Notes: generated by a model not told the origin, from the sequence alone. A DNA stretch of 64,000 nucleotides from an uncultured Candidatus Saccharibacteria bacterium (GCA_964391975.1 CAYMNZ010000001.1:198978-262977), one strand, 5' to 3'. Shown: positions 38,962-48,844, counted from the first letter of the stretch. A program made the numbers and translations.

Positions 38962-39527
38962 AAGCAATCATTATCCCAGGAAACGGTGGAGGATGCCCGG
39001 AAGACAACTGGTCTCCGTATCTTGAGCGTGAGCTTCCAAAGCTCGGTATCGAAGTCATCAACCGCCAGTTTCCTGACGCCGTGATGGCACGCAAGGAATT
39101 CTGGCTTCCATTCATTACTGAACTTGGTGCGGATGAGAACACCTTACTCATAGGCCACTCCTCAGGAGCAGTAGCTGCGATGCGCTATGCAGAAGCTAAC
39201 CGCATCTTGGGTTCAGTATTGGTAGGCGTCTGCCACACCGACCTCGGATACGCTGAAGAGAAAGTGAGTGGTTACTACGATGCCCCTTGGGACTGGGAAG
39301 CTATCAGGGATAATCAGAAATGGATTATACAGTTCGCCTCTGCTGACGATCCTTTTATTCCAATAACAGAGCCCCGCTTCATACGAGATCAGCTCAAGAC
39401 TGACTATCACGAGTACGAGGACCGAGGACACTTCGGTCATGGGGCAAACCCGCAAACAGAATTCCCGGAACTCATTGAAGCCCTAAGAGAGAAGCTTGCA
39501 ACCTCCTTTCCGGAGAATAGGTTATAA
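38958..39527 (+). CDS. RBBP9/YdeN-family alpha/beta hydrolase
   Basis: IIPGNGG, GHSSG, DDPFIP, GHF. Confidence 0.88.
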   Translation: MKAIIIPGNGGGCPEDNWSPYLERELPKLGIEVINRQFPDAVMARKEFWLPFITELGADENTLLIGHSSGAVAAMRYAEANRILGSVLVGVCHTDLGYAEEKVSGYYDAPWDWEAIRDNQKWIIQFASADDPFIPITEPRFIRDQLKTDYHEYEDRGHFGHGANPQTEFPELIEALREKLATSFPENRL

Positions 39528-39532
39528 GAGGC

Positions 39533-39847
39533 ATGTCACAAAACCCATTCCTAAACGCACTAGCCGCCCTAGGGTACATCTTGGGTGTCGCCTCCGTTAT
39601 CTACCTGGTATCCCTGTATCTTCCGAATGATAACGATGGATTCCCGGTGTTTAACTTCACCCTCTTTATCTCGCTCTTCGTCTTTTCTGCGGCGGTCATG
39701 GGCTACATCATCCTCTCCAAGCCCATAACCCTCTACCTCGACGGGCAGAAAAAGGAAGGCATCAACCTCTTCCTCGGGACTCTGGGAGCCTTCGCACTCC
39801 TTACATTCATTTTCGGGTTCCTCACCACCCTCATCCCTTTACCGTAG
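39533..39847 (+). CDS. hypothetical three-TM protein
   Basis: 104 aa, hydrophobic. Confidence 0.7.
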   Translation: MSQNPFLNALAALGYILGVASVIYLVSLYLPNDNDGFPVFNFTLFISLFVFSAAVMGYIILSKPITLYLDGQKKEGINLFLGTLGAFALLTFIFGFLTTLIPLP

Positions 39848-39863
39848 TGCTAGACTGGAGGTA

Positions 39864-40142
39864 ATGGAAGAGCGCCTCACGAAGCTTGAAGAGGACGTGC
39901 GCATCATTAAGGAGCGCAACCTCCGGGTGGAAGGCAGCAAGGCCTGGGAAACCAGCGCTACGCGCGTGCTCTCGCTTGTCATCATCACGTACGTCATCGC
40001 GACCATCGCGCTCTATGCGATAGGAAACGACAACCCACTGCGCAACGCGCTTATCCCGGCAGTTGGATTCTTCCTCTCGACCCAATCACTTCCGTTCCTT
40101 CGCCGTGCGTGGATAAAAGGGTACGAAAAGAAGCATGGCTAA
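39864..40142 (+). CDS. hypothetical two-TM protein
   Basis: ERNLRVEGSKAWETS then two hydrophobic helices; TGCTAGACT upstream. Confidence 0.7.
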   Translation: MEERLTKLEEDVRIIKERNLRVEGSKAWETSATRVLSLVIITYVIATIALYAIGNDNPLRNALIPAVGFFLSTQSLPFLRRAWIKGYEKKHG

Positions 40143-40755
40143 GGGCATCGCGCTCGACATAGACAACGTTCTTTCCGCCACCAACCTCCACTGGGCGCGC
40201 GTACTGGCGGAGAAGTTTGGAACACCTGATGGTCTTACTCCTGAAGAGACCGTCGCCCCCTACATCCTTGCGCACCACGTACCGTACTGGCAGATTCCAG
40301 AAGCCAAGGAATGGATGGAATCAGCGCGAAAAGGCGGGGAAGTGCAGTACGATCTTCCGCTCATAGAGAACGCCAATCACATCGTAAACAAGGTACATAC
40401 AATCATTCCTATCAAGGCGTATGTAACCGCTCGTTCGGAAGTGGTACGTGAAAGGACTGAAGCGTGGTTGTGGAAACATGACTTTCCGCAAGCTCCGGTA
40501 TATCTTCGTCCACCAGGAAAAGAAAACGACCAGCCAAACATATGGAAGGCTGCTTTCCTTCCTACGCTCTGGCCGGAAGTGATAGGCATCGTCGACGACG
40601 ATCCACGCCTTATCGAATACCTCCCAGACAACTACCAAGGCACCATCTTTCTGTACAAGAATACGGAACACAAAGAAGTCACCTTCCCAGTGATACAGTG
40701 CAAGGGATGGACCGAAGTACTCGAAGAGGTCAGCAAGCGCTTCGGGACGCCATAG
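40135..40755 (+). CDS. HAD-superfamily 5'-nucleotidase-like protein
   Basis: ALDIDNVL, YVTAR, TEAWL, IVDDD. Confidence 0.75.
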   Translation: MAKGIALDIDNVLSATNLHWARVLAEKFGTPDGLTPEETVAPYILAHHVPYWQIPEAKEWMESARKGGEVQYDLPLIENANHIVNKVHTIIPIKAYVTARSEVVRERTEAWLWKHDFPQAPVYLRPPGKENDQPNIWKAAFLPTLWPEVIGIVDDDPRLIEYLPDNYQGTIFLYKNTEHKEVTFPVIQCKGWTEVLEEVSKRFGTP

Positions 40756-40762
40756 CCTCTCT

Positions 40763-41182
40763 ATGAGCGAAGATAAGCCACCGCAAGGAAAGGGGGAACT
40801 CGTGGACGTCGGAAGCGAAGTGCTTATGAACTTGCGCAACGAGGTGATGACGTTGCGTGGAAGTGCCAAGATACTCACGTCGAAGCTTGAAGAATGGAAG
40901 AAAGACGTAATACTTGGGGAGCAAGATATAGCCCACAAAGAGAGGGAACTCGAAGAAATTGAACAGAAGACAGAAGTGCCGGACATACGCACCGCGCGAG
41001 GGCAACAGAATAAGCGCAAGGCGCTCATTAAGAACCTGAGTGCAGTACGAATGCGCAGGGAACACTTACTGGGTCTTATTGAAAAGCAGCCAGCCCTTAT
41101 CGCCTCACTGCACGACCGCATAACGGAGACACAGGAGCGCCTCAACCGTCTTCAGGCAGGAAAGAATACGCAGAGTTCGTAA
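40763..41182 (+). CDS. hypothetical coiled-coil protein
   Basis: 139 aa with heptad-like charged composition. Confidence 0.6.
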   Translation: MSEDKPPQGKGELVDVGSEVLMNLRNEVMTLRGSAKILTSKLEEWKKDVILGEQDIAHKERELEEIEQKTEVPDIRTARGQQNKRKALIKNLSAVRMRREHLLGLIEKQPALIASLHDRITETQERLNRLQAGKNTQSS

Positions 41183-41222
41183 TACACACATCCTTCATGC
41201 GTCTTCTGCCTATATACACACC

Positions 41223-41957
41223 ATGACTACCACCCCTTTCATGAAGGCGGGGACAGCTCTCGGGCTCTCCCTCGCTCTTCTCGTAGGTTTTGTGCCAGTG
41301 CTTCCCGCTGCGGCAGCCTATGAGGAACCTCCCATAGGATATTTTTCCTCGCATGACGACGATGAAGATGAAGACGAGGATAATGACCGGTACAGCCGTT
41401 ACTCCTCTCGCCGCACAAGCTATTCGAGCTCCATTCAGAGGAAGGTAAACAACCTTGATGACGACGAAGTGGAGAACCTCCCAATTCCTATCCTTATCGG
41501 TGTGGGGCTCAATAATATTTGGCCAAACTTCGGAGATCCTCGCGATGGAGGTGCCCGCACGCACGAAGGAGAGGACATCATGGCTCCACGTGGCGCGATT
41601 GTTTCCTCACCAACTGAGGCAGTGGTCGTGCGCACTGGCGAAGGCTCAAGTTCCGGCATCTATGTCACCACCGCTAACCCGGGAGGCGAGTCCATGAACT
41701 TCTACCACCTCGACAGCATTGCTGAAGGTATTAAGGCTGGAACGGAAGTTAAAGCAGGAGACATTCTGGGGTACGTAGGAAATACGGGGAACGCTTCAGG
41801 CGGAGCGCCGCATCTCCATTTCGAGATTCGCAAGAACCGAAGGGCACTCGACCCGTTCCCACGTCTCACCAAAGAATTCTCAAATGAAGTGCGCGTACGT
41901 GTTCTCACTGATCTTTTGAAGGAACTACAGGCTGAACTAGCGAAAAAGTTGCGCTAG
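41223..41957 (+). CDS. secreted M23-family peptidase
   Basis: Signal peptide; HEGED (HxxxD), YHL, GNTGNA, PHLHFE. Confidence 0.9.
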   Translation: MTTTPFMKAGTALGLSLALLVGFVPVLPAAAAYEEPPIGYFSSHDDDEDEDEDNDRYSRYSSRRTSYSSSIQRKVNNLDDDEVENLPIPILIGVGLNNIWPNFGDPRDGGARTHEGEDIMAPRGAIVSSPTEAVVVRTGEGSSSGIYVTTANPGGESMNFYHLDSIAEGIKAGTEVKAGDILGYVGNTGNASGGAPHLHFEIRKNRRALDPFPRLTKEFSNEVRVRVLTDLLKELQAELAKKLR

Positions 41958-42018
41958 TCTCACCAGACCTTCATGAACAATAGGGCACAGTTCATTAGTC
42001 CTCTCGAGGACGCTTCCT

Positions 42019-42288
42019 ATGGATGACTTTCTCAAAATGGATGTATTCTTCGCAATCACGACTGTGGCAGTACTTGTGCTCTCTGTATTGGTAGGCTACG
42101 TGCTCGTGCGAGTGCTCAGGATTCTCAAATCTCTCGAGCGCATTGTGCTACTCGCGGAGAAAGAAACGGAGCTCGTACGTGAAGATCTCGTTCATTTGCG
42201 GGAGAAAGTATCGAAGGAGGGGCTGAAGCTCAGGCACATTGTTGGGTTTCTGGGAGGCCTCGGGAAAAAGAGAAAATCCAATTCTTAA
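42019..42288 (+). CDS. hypothetical single-TM protein
   Basis: 89 aa, N-terminal TM then amphipathic helix. Confidence 0.7.
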   Translation: MDDFLKMDVFFAITTVAVLVLSVLVGYVLVRVLRILKSLERIVLLAEKETELVREDLVHLREKVSKEGLKLRHIVGFLGGLGKKRKSNS

Positions 42289-42306
42289 CTAGCTAACTAC
42301 ACACGC

Positions 42307-42723
42307 ATGGCGACACGAAAGAAAAACACTGGAGGGAAGGTGGCGGCAGGTATCGGCGCAGCAGCGCTCGCAGCTGCAGCGGCAGGAGCTGGCTATTATT
42401 TTTATGCTAGCAAGGATGCCAAGAAGCACCGCCAGGCTGCAAGCACCTGGGCCAAGGGCCTCAAGCGCGAAGCAGTGAAGCGCGCAAAAAGCCTTAAGAA
42501 GATAGACGCAAAGGCTATTGCTCGTGCGGTAGACGAAGCGGCTGAAATCTACGACGGTGTACGCGGCGTATCTGCGGCAGATCTCCGGGCTGCCACAAAG
42601 GAACTCAAGGCCAACTGGAAGAAGATGCAGGGCGAGCTCACGCCTAAGAAGCCAGCCGCTACAAAGCGCGCTACCGCAACCAAGAAGAAATCCACTGTGG
42701 CCAGTAGGAAGCGTCGTGCATAA
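42307..42723 (+). CDS. basic Ala/Lys-rich protein with hydrophobic N-terminal helix (YtxH-like)
   Basis: AAGIGAAALAAAAAGAGYYFY then K/A-rich tail. Confidence 0.7.
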   Translation: MATRKKNTGGKVAAGIGAAALAAAAAGAGYYFYASKDAKKHRQAASTWAKGLKREAVKRAKSLKKIDAKAIARAVDEAAEIYDGVRGVSAADLRAATKELKANWKKMQGELTPKKPAATKRATATKKKSTVASRKRRA

Positions 42724-42739
42724 GGCGCATACTCCTAGT

Positions 42740-42910
42740 ATGAACACCACAAACACGATACTGATTATTATCCTTGTGCTCTTGGTTGGCTTTGGTGTCT
42801 GGTACTTCACCAGCAACCAAACCGCCCCAGCACCGACCGAAGACAACAATGCTATTGAAGTGAACCTTGGTGGCAACGATACTCCGGAAGGAGAGCCGGC
42901 AGCTAACTAA
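42740..42910 (+). CDS. small membrane-anchored protein (56 aa)
   Basis: MNTTNTILIIILVLLVGFGVWYF...; CATACT upstream, terminator downstream. Confidence 0.65.
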   Translation: MNTTNTILIIILVLLVGFGVWYFTSNQTAPAPTEDNNAIEVNLGGNDTPEGEPAAN

Positions 42911-42919
42911 GTCAAAACG

Positions 42920-42950
42920 AAAAGCCGCTGGGAAATCCCGGCGGCTTTTT
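42920..42950 (+). terminator. intrinsic (probably bidirectional) terminator
   Basis: AAAAGCCGCTGGGA-AA-TCCCGGCGGCTTTTT. Confidence 0.8.
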
Positions 42951-42968
42951 GCGTGGTAGCATCTCACC

Positions 42969-43433
42969 ATGCCTAAGGAAGGAACCAAAGCTCCTAGTTT
43001 CTCTCTGCCAGACCAAGACGGGGTTACGCGTTCGTTGTCTGACTACAAAGGGAAGCGCCTGGTGCTCTATTTCTATCCCAAGGACGACACACCTGGGTGC
43101 ACCATTGAGGCACAGGTGCTCGGGGATTCCATTAAGAAGTTCAAGAAACTCGGTGCTGAGGTTATTGGAGTATCAGCAGACAGCGTGAAGAGTCATAAGA
43201 AGTTCTGCGACAAGTTCTCCATCCCGTTTCCTCTGCTTTCAGACGAAGAGAAGAAGATGGTGAACGCCTATGGGGTCTGGGGCGAGAAGCAGATGATGGG
43301 GAGGAAGTATATGGGTATTAAGCGCACCACCTTTGTAATTGATTCTAACGGGAAGATTCAGAAGGTCTTTGAGAACGTAAAGCCACCTAAACACGCAGAG
43401 GAATTGCTTGAATACTTGTCCACAGACTTTTGA
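42969..43433 (+). CDS. bcp: thioredoxin-dependent thiol peroxidase BCP
   Basis: LYFYPKDDTPGCTIEA, RTTFVID. Confidence 0.92.
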   Translation: MPKEGTKAPSFSLPDQDGVTRSLSDYKGKRLVLYFYPKDDTPGCTIEAQVLGDSIKKFKKLGAEVIGVSADSVKSHKKFCDKFSIPFPLLSDEEKKMVNAYGVWGEKQMMGRKYMGIKRTTFVIDSNGKIQKVFENVKPPKHAEELLEYLSTDF

Positions 43434-43461
43434 CAATTTAATGGGTGTGCTATAGTGGCTC

Positions 43462-44508
43462 ATGGAACGGGTCTTGTATACCTTCGACGACGTGCTCATC
43501 GCTCCGGCGAGAAGCGCTATTGAGCCTTCCGCGGCCGTCGTCGGCTCTGCCGCTTGCCGCGGCCTTTTTCTTAGAGTGCCTGTGCTCTCTGCTGCTATGG
43601 ACCGCGTCACTGACGCGAGAATGGCCATTGCGGTTGCCAAGGCTGGTGCGCTCGGTGTACTCCATCGCAACTGCACCAAGGAGGAACAGGCGAAGATGGT
43701 GGCCCAGGTTAAGAAGGCAGGTGTGCTGGTTGCTGCTGCTTGCGGGCCATTTGATATGGAGCGAGCGATGCTGCTCGCTAAGAACGGAGCTGATGTCATC
43801 ATCATTGACTGCGCCCACGGCCACAACATGAAGGTGCTTAAAAGCGCTAAGGCCATCAAAGCAAAGCTTCCAAAGAAGGTGAAGATGATTGTGGGCAACA
43901 TCGCTACCGCAGAGGCAGCCGCAGATATCATCAAGATGAACTTTGCTGATGGGCTTAAGGTTGGCGTTGGTCCGGGCTCCATCTGCACCACGCGCCTTGT
44001 TTCTGGAGTTGGTATGCCACAGCTCACTGCGGTCATGGATGTCGTGAAGGTTGCAAAGAAAGCAGGCATCCATGTCATTGCCGACGGAGGCATGAGGACC
44101 ACCGGAGATATCGCTAAGGCACTTGCTGCAGGCGCTTCAGCTGTAATGAGCGGCAACATGTTCGCAGGCACCATTGAAACTCCAGGACGCATCGTCACGA
44201 AGAACGGAAAGAAGTTTAAGGAATACCGCGGTATGGGTTCTAAGCCAGTTATCGGAGGTGACTCAGGTTCACAGCGTTATCTCACCAAGGGACGCAAAGC
44301 AGTACCAGAAGGTGTTGTCGGTCTCGTACCACTTAAGGGAACGGCAGAAGATGTCGTTGCTGAGATTTCTTCAGGTGTACAGGTTGCTATGGGCTACGTT
44401 GGTGCCAAGGACATCCCTGAGTTCCAGAAGAAGGCGAAGTTCATCCGCGTGACGCTCGCCTCAACGGTTGAGGGCAGGCCGCACTCGCTTTCGGAAGTTA
44501 TAGATTGA
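43462..44508 (+). CDS. guaB: IMP dehydrogenase lacking the CBS domain
   Basis: SAAMD, GPGSICTT, ADGG, YRGMGS, flap RY dyad, PEGV. Confidence 0.88.
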   Translation: MERVLYTFDDVLIAPARSAIEPSAAVVGSAACRGLFLRVPVLSAAMDRVTDARMAIAVAKAGALGVLHRNCTKEEQAKMVAQVKKAGVLVAAACGPFDMERAMLLAKNGADVIIIDCAHGHNMKVLKSAKAIKAKLPKKVKMIVGNIATAEAAADIIKMNFADGLKVGVGPGSICTTRLVSGVGMPQLTAVMDVVKVAKKAGIHVIADGGMRTTGDIAKALAAGASAVMSGNMFAGTIETPGRIVTKNGKKFKEYRGMGSKPVIGGDSGSQRYLTKGRKAVPEGVVGLVPLKGTAEDVVAEISSGVQVAMGYVGAKDIPEFQKKAKFIRVTLASTVEGRPHSLSEVID

Positions 44509-44592
44509 CACCTCTCGTAAGTCCTCTATACTAGGGCTTTAATGACCTCCACGGCATTAAATCGAAACACCTCACAGGAGGTGTATTTTTTT
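44505..44592 (+). promoter_or_regulatory. carA promoter plus attenuator-like leader
   Basis: TTGACA (44505)-16 nt-TATACT (44527); hairpin TTTAATG/CATTAAA; terminator ACACCTC-ACAG-GAGGTGT plus A-T7 ending 8 nt before ATG. Confidence 0.7.
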
Positions 44593-44600
44593 ATCCTGCC

Positions 44601-45644
44601 ATGAAGCTCTATTTAGAGAACGGTTCGAGCTTCGAGGGAGAGAGTTTCGGCGCTAACGTCGCAGTCTCTGGAGAAGTGGTCTTCAACACCGGTATGGTGG
44701 GCTATGTGGAGACACTTTCCGACCCTTCGTACTCCGGTCAGATAGTTGTGCTCACCTATCCGCTCGTTGGCAACTATGGTGTGCCGAGCGAGAAGCAGTT
44801 TGAGAGCGAGAAGATTCACGCAGCAGGACTTGTGGTCTCTGAGTACTGCGACGAGTACTCTCACCATGAGGCAAAGGAGTCACTCAAGGAGTGGTTGAAG
44901 CGCTCAGGCGTCCCAGCAATCACTGGTGTGGACACCCGCGCCATCACCAAGGTGCTGCGCGAGAAGGGCGTGATGCTCGGACAGCTTGGTGGCACCAAGA
45001 AAGGGAAGTTTGTTGACTCCAACAAGGTGAATCAGGTTGCCATTGTGAGCCCCAAGAAGAAGAAAGAGTATGGAAATGGTCCGATGCGCATCGTGCTCGT
45101 TGATTGCGGCGCAAAGGAAAACATCATGCGTTCCATCTTGACTCCCGACACGACCGTCATTCGCGTGCCGTGGGATTACGATTTCACACAGGAGAAATAC
45201 GACGGCATTGTGCTCAGCAACGGTCCTGGCGACCCGGTAGAGTGCACCGCCACCGTCGAAAACGTACAGAAGGCACTCAAGGGAGATAAACCGATTCTCG
45301 GCATTTGCCTTGGCATCCAAATGCTCGCACTTGCTGCAGGAGGAAAGACCTACAAGCTCAAGTACGGACACCGCGCACAGAATCAGCCGTGTGTGGCAGG
45401 TAAGCGCTGCTACATCACGAGTCAGAATCACGGCTACGCAGTGGATGCCAAGTCACTCCCTAAAGAATGGAAGATTTGGTTCACCAACGCTAACGATGGC
45501 AGTGTTGAGGGTATCTATCACACCAAGAAGCCATTTCGCGCGGTGCAGTTCCACCCAGAAGCATGTCCGGGACCAACCGACACGAACTGGCTCTTCGATG
45601 ACTTCCTCAAGGAGGTGAAGAAAAGTAAGAAAAAGCTCGTATGA
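44601..45644 (+). CDS. carA: carbamoyl-phosphate synthase small subunit
   Basis: GEVVFNTGMVGY, SNGPGDP, GICLG, SQNHGY, QFHPE. Confidence 0.97.
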   Translation: MKLYLENGSSFEGESFGANVAVSGEVVFNTGMVGYVETLSDPSYSGQIVVLTYPLVGNYGVPSEKQFESEKIHAAGLVVSEYCDEYSHHEAKESLKEWLKRSGVPAITGVDTRAITKVLREKGVMLGQLGGTKKGKFVDSNKVNQVAIVSPKKKKEYGNGPMRIVLVDCGAKENIMRSILTPDTTVIRVPWDYDFTQEKYDGIVLSNGPGDPVECTATVENVQKALKGDKPILGICLGIQMLALAAGGKTYKLKYGHRAQNQPCVAGKRCYITSQNHGYAVDAKSLPKEWKIWFTNANDGSVEGIYHTKKPFRAVQFHPEACPGPTDTNWLFDDFLKEVKKSKKKLV

Positions 45645-48600
45645 AGCCAAAGAAAGTACTCATCCTAGGTTCTGGAGGACTCCGCATAGGTCAGGCGGGT
45701 GAGTTTGATTATTCCGGCTCCCAGGCAATTAAGGTGCTTAAAGAAGAGGGAATTCAGTCAGTACTGATTAACCCAAACATTGCGACCGTGCAGACGGATA
45801 AGGGACTCGCAGATCGCGTGTACTTCCTCCCGCTCACTGAGCATTTCGCAACGGAGGTCATCAAGAAGGAGCGCCCTGATGCCATCTTCCTTTCCTTTGG
45901 CGGACAGACGGCACTGAACCTCGGTCTCGCGCTTGAGAAGAGTGGCGTGCTTAAGAAGTATGGCGTGCGCGTGCTCGGTACCCCGGTCTCCACTATTCGC
46001 GACACCGAGGACCGTGAGCTTTTCGTAAAGAGGTTGAACCAGATACAGGTGAAGACTGCTAGGAGCAAGGCAACGGCAAATGTTGCGGAAGCGAGGAAGG
46101 CCGCAACGATGATTGGCTACCCCGTCATGGTGCGTTCAGGCTTTGCGCTTGGGGGTGAAGGCTCAGGACTGGTGCGCGATGAGAAGGAACTTGTCGACAA
46201 GCTTACCGACGTCTTCCACACCAATAAGCAGGTATTGATTGAAGAGTATCTTCTTGGATGGAAGGAAGTGGAGTACGAAGTTGTGCGCGATAAGGACGAC
46301 AACTGCATCACGGTCTGCAACATGGAGAACCTCGACCCGATGGGTGTGCACACGGGTGAATCCATTGTCGTTGCTCCATCGCAGACGCTCACCAACGACG
46401 AGTACCACATGCTCCGCGAGGTGGCGATTAAGACTATCCGACACCTGGGCATCGTGGGTGAGTGCAATATTCAGTACGCGCTTCACCCAAAGACTGGCGA
46501 CTATCGCGTGATTGAAGTGAATGCCCGACTTTCCCGCTCTTCTGCGCTTGCCTCTAAGGCCACTGGCTACCCTCTTGCTTTCGTTGCGGCAAAGCTTGCG
46601 CTCGGGCACGTGCTCCCAGAACTCAAGAACTCAGTGACGGGTACGACCACTGCCTGCTTCGAGCCGGCACTCGATTACATCGTCATCAAGATGCCGCGCT
46701 GGGACCTCGATAAATTCGGTAACGCAGCACCGCGTATTGGTACGGAGATGAAGAGTGTGGGCGAGGTCATGGCTATTGGGCGGTCCTTTGAAGAAGTGCT
46801 TCAAAAGGGTATTCGCATGCTTAACATCGGAGCAGACGGCTTTACCGCGCAGCGAAGTAAGCGCTACAAGTTTGATGACTACCTGAAGGAGATTAAGGAG
46901 CCAACCACCCGTCGCATCTTTGCAATTGCAGAGGCACTCCGGAAGGGCGTTTCGGTTGAAAAGATTCACCAGCTTTCAAATATTGATCTCTGGTTCTTGA
47001 AGAAACTTGAGCACATTGTTGAGCTTGAGAAGAAGATTAAGCGCAAACCACTCACCAAGGACCTTCTTGTTGAAGCTAAGAAGAACGGCTTCTCCGACAT
47101 TCAGCTTGCAACCATTAAAGGTAAGACTGAGGAAGCAGTTCGTACACTTCGCCGTCGTTTGAAGGTGTTCCCGGTTATCAAGCAAATCGACACACTCGCA
47201 GGCGAAGTGCCAGCCAAGACCAACTATCTGTACCTCACCTATCACGGTACTGAGGACGATGTGAAGCCGGGCAAGAAGAGCGTCATGGTGCTCGGCTCTG
47301 GTTCCTACTCCATCGGCTCTTCCGTTGAGTTCGATTGGTCGAGCGTTGAAGCACTCAAGACACTGAAGGCGAAGGGGTATGAGACCATCATGGTCAACTA
47401 CAACCCGGAGACCGTGTCGACTGACTACGACATGAGTGACCGTCTCTACTTTGATGAACTTTCCCTTGAGCGCGTGCTCGACATCGTTGGCTTTGAAAAG
47501 CCGAAGGGAACGGTAGTTTCAACTGGAGGCCAGATTCCAAACAACCTTGCGCTCAAGCTCTTTGAGAACGGCGTGAAGGTGCTGGGGACCAGCCCAAAGA
47601 ACATCAACCGCGCGGAAGACCGTCACGTCTTCTCAGCGCTTCTCGACCGTCTTGGTGTTGACCAGCCTGAATGGGCAGAACTTTCGACTCCCAAAGAGGC
47701 TGCGCGTATGGCAGCAAAGATGGGCTACCCAGTGCTTATACGCCCCTCCTACGTTCTCTCAGGGGCTGCCATGAGCGTTGCGCTCGACGAGGTCGGACTT
47801 ATCAAGTTCCTTGAGAAAGCGGTGGGGGTCTCAAGCGATCACCCGATTGTTATCTCGAAGTTCATCGAGAACGCGCGCGAGATTGAAATAGATGGTGTTG
47901 CGCAAAACGGCAAACTCAAGATTTACGCTATTACCGAGCACGTGGAGAACGCAGGCACACACTCAGGAGATGCAACCCTGGTGCTTCCAGCGCAGCGTAC
48001 TTACATCGAGACCATCAGGCGCGCAAAATCTATCACCAAGGGCATCATCAAGGAACTTAATATCACTGGGCCGTTCAACATGCAGTTCCTGGCCAAGGAC
48101 AACAAGTTGCAGGTGATTGAATGCAACGTGCGCGCCTCACGCTCCTTCCCGTTTGTTTCAAAAGTCACCGGCTACAACTTCATCGAGCTCGCCATCCAGG
48201 CAATGCTTGGGCAGGACATCACGGGTGAGTACCGCACGCTTGAGCTCGACTATGTTGCGGTGAAGTCTCCGCAGTTCTCCTATGGTCGTATTAAGGGCGC
48301 CGACCCGCTCTCGTATGTGGAAATGGCCTCGACTGGGGAAGTCGCAGCGTTTGGAGATTCCTACGCTGAGGCACTGCTGAAGTCCATGATGGCCGCAGGC
48401 TTCAAGCTCCCGAAGAAGAATGTGTTGGTCTCCCTTGGTAAGGAAGAGAACAAGATAAAGCTTCTGCCTTCAGTGGAGACGCTGCATCGCATGGGTTTCC
48501 ATATCTACGCTACGGAGCACACCGCAGATTTCCTCAAGCAGAACAACATTCCGTGCGAGCGCGTCTATAAGATTAAGAGTGGTGGAAACCCGAACGTGCT

Positions 48601-48844
48601 TACGCTCCTTGATTCCGGAAAGCTTGATTTGATTATCAACATCGCTGCGCGCGGTCTTGCACGTCCTGAGAACTCGAAGGGCTCACTCTCTGACGGCTTC
48701 ATTATTCGTCGCAAAGCGGTAGATCTCAATATTCCGCTCATCACGAACCGTCAGCTAGCGGAAGGATTCATCAACGCACTCGAGGAAATGAACGGGAAGA
48801 CAATCGAGGCGAAGGCGTGGGACGAGTACACAACGGAGGACTAG
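45641..48844 (+). CDS. carB: carbamoyl-phosphate synthase large subunit
   Basis: IGQAGEFDYSG, duplicated ATP-grasp domains, NPETVSTDYD, MGS-like C-terminus. Confidence 0.98.
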   Translation: MKPKKVLILGSGGLRIGQAGEFDYSGSQAIKVLKEEGIQSVLINPNIATVQTDKGLADRVYFLPLTEHFATEVIKKERPDAIFLSFGGQTALNLGLALEKSGVLKKYGVRVLGTPVSTIRDTEDRELFVKRLNQIQVKTARSKATANVAEARKAATMIGYPVMVRSGFALGGEGSGLVRDEKELVDKLTDVFHTNKQVLIEEYLLGWKEVEYEVVRDKDDNCITVCNMENLDPMGVHTGESIVVAPSQTLTNDEYHMLREVAIKTIRHLGIVGECNIQYALHPKTGDYRVIEVNARLSRSSALASKATGYPLAFVAAKLALGHVLPELKNSVTGTTTACFEPALDYIVIKMPRWDLDKFGNAAPRIGTEMKSVGEVMAIGRSFEEVLQKGIRMLNIGADGFTAQRSKRYKFDDYLKEIKEPTTRRIFAIAEALRKGVSVEKIHQLSNIDLWFLKKLEHIVELEKKIKRKPLTKDLLVEAKKNGFSDIQLATIKGKTEEAVRTLRRRLKVFPVIKQIDTLAGEVPAKTNYLYLTYHGTEDDVKPGKKSVMVLGSGSYSIGSSVEFDWSSVEALKTLKAKGYETIMVNYNPETVSTDYDMSDRLYFDELSLERVLDIVGFEKPKGTVVSTGGQIPNNLALKLFENGVKVLGTSPKNINRAEDRHVFSALLDRLGVDQPEWAELSTPKEAARMAAKMGYPVLIRPSYVLSGAAMSVALDEVGLIKFLEKAVGVSSDHPIVISKFIENAREIEIDGVAQNGKLKIYAITEHVENAGTHSGDATLVLPAQRTYIETIRRAKSITKGIIKELNITGPFNMQFLAKDNKLQVIECNVRASRSFPFVSKVTGYNFIELAIQAMLGQDITGEYRTLELDYVAVKSPQFSYGRIKGADPLSYVEMASTGEVAAFGDSYAEALLKSMMAAGFKLPKKNVLVSLGKEENKIKLLPSVETLHRMGFHIYATEHTADFLKQNNIPCERVYKIKSGGNPNVLTLLDSGKLDLIINIAARGLARPENSKGSLSDGFIIRRKAVDLNIPLITNRQLAEGFINALEEMNGKTIEAKAWDEYTTED

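Noticed and set aside
44533-44540. pyrG-type GGGC reiterative-transcription start
   Set aside because: GGGC begins only 1 nt after the -10 hexamer, too close to be the start site.
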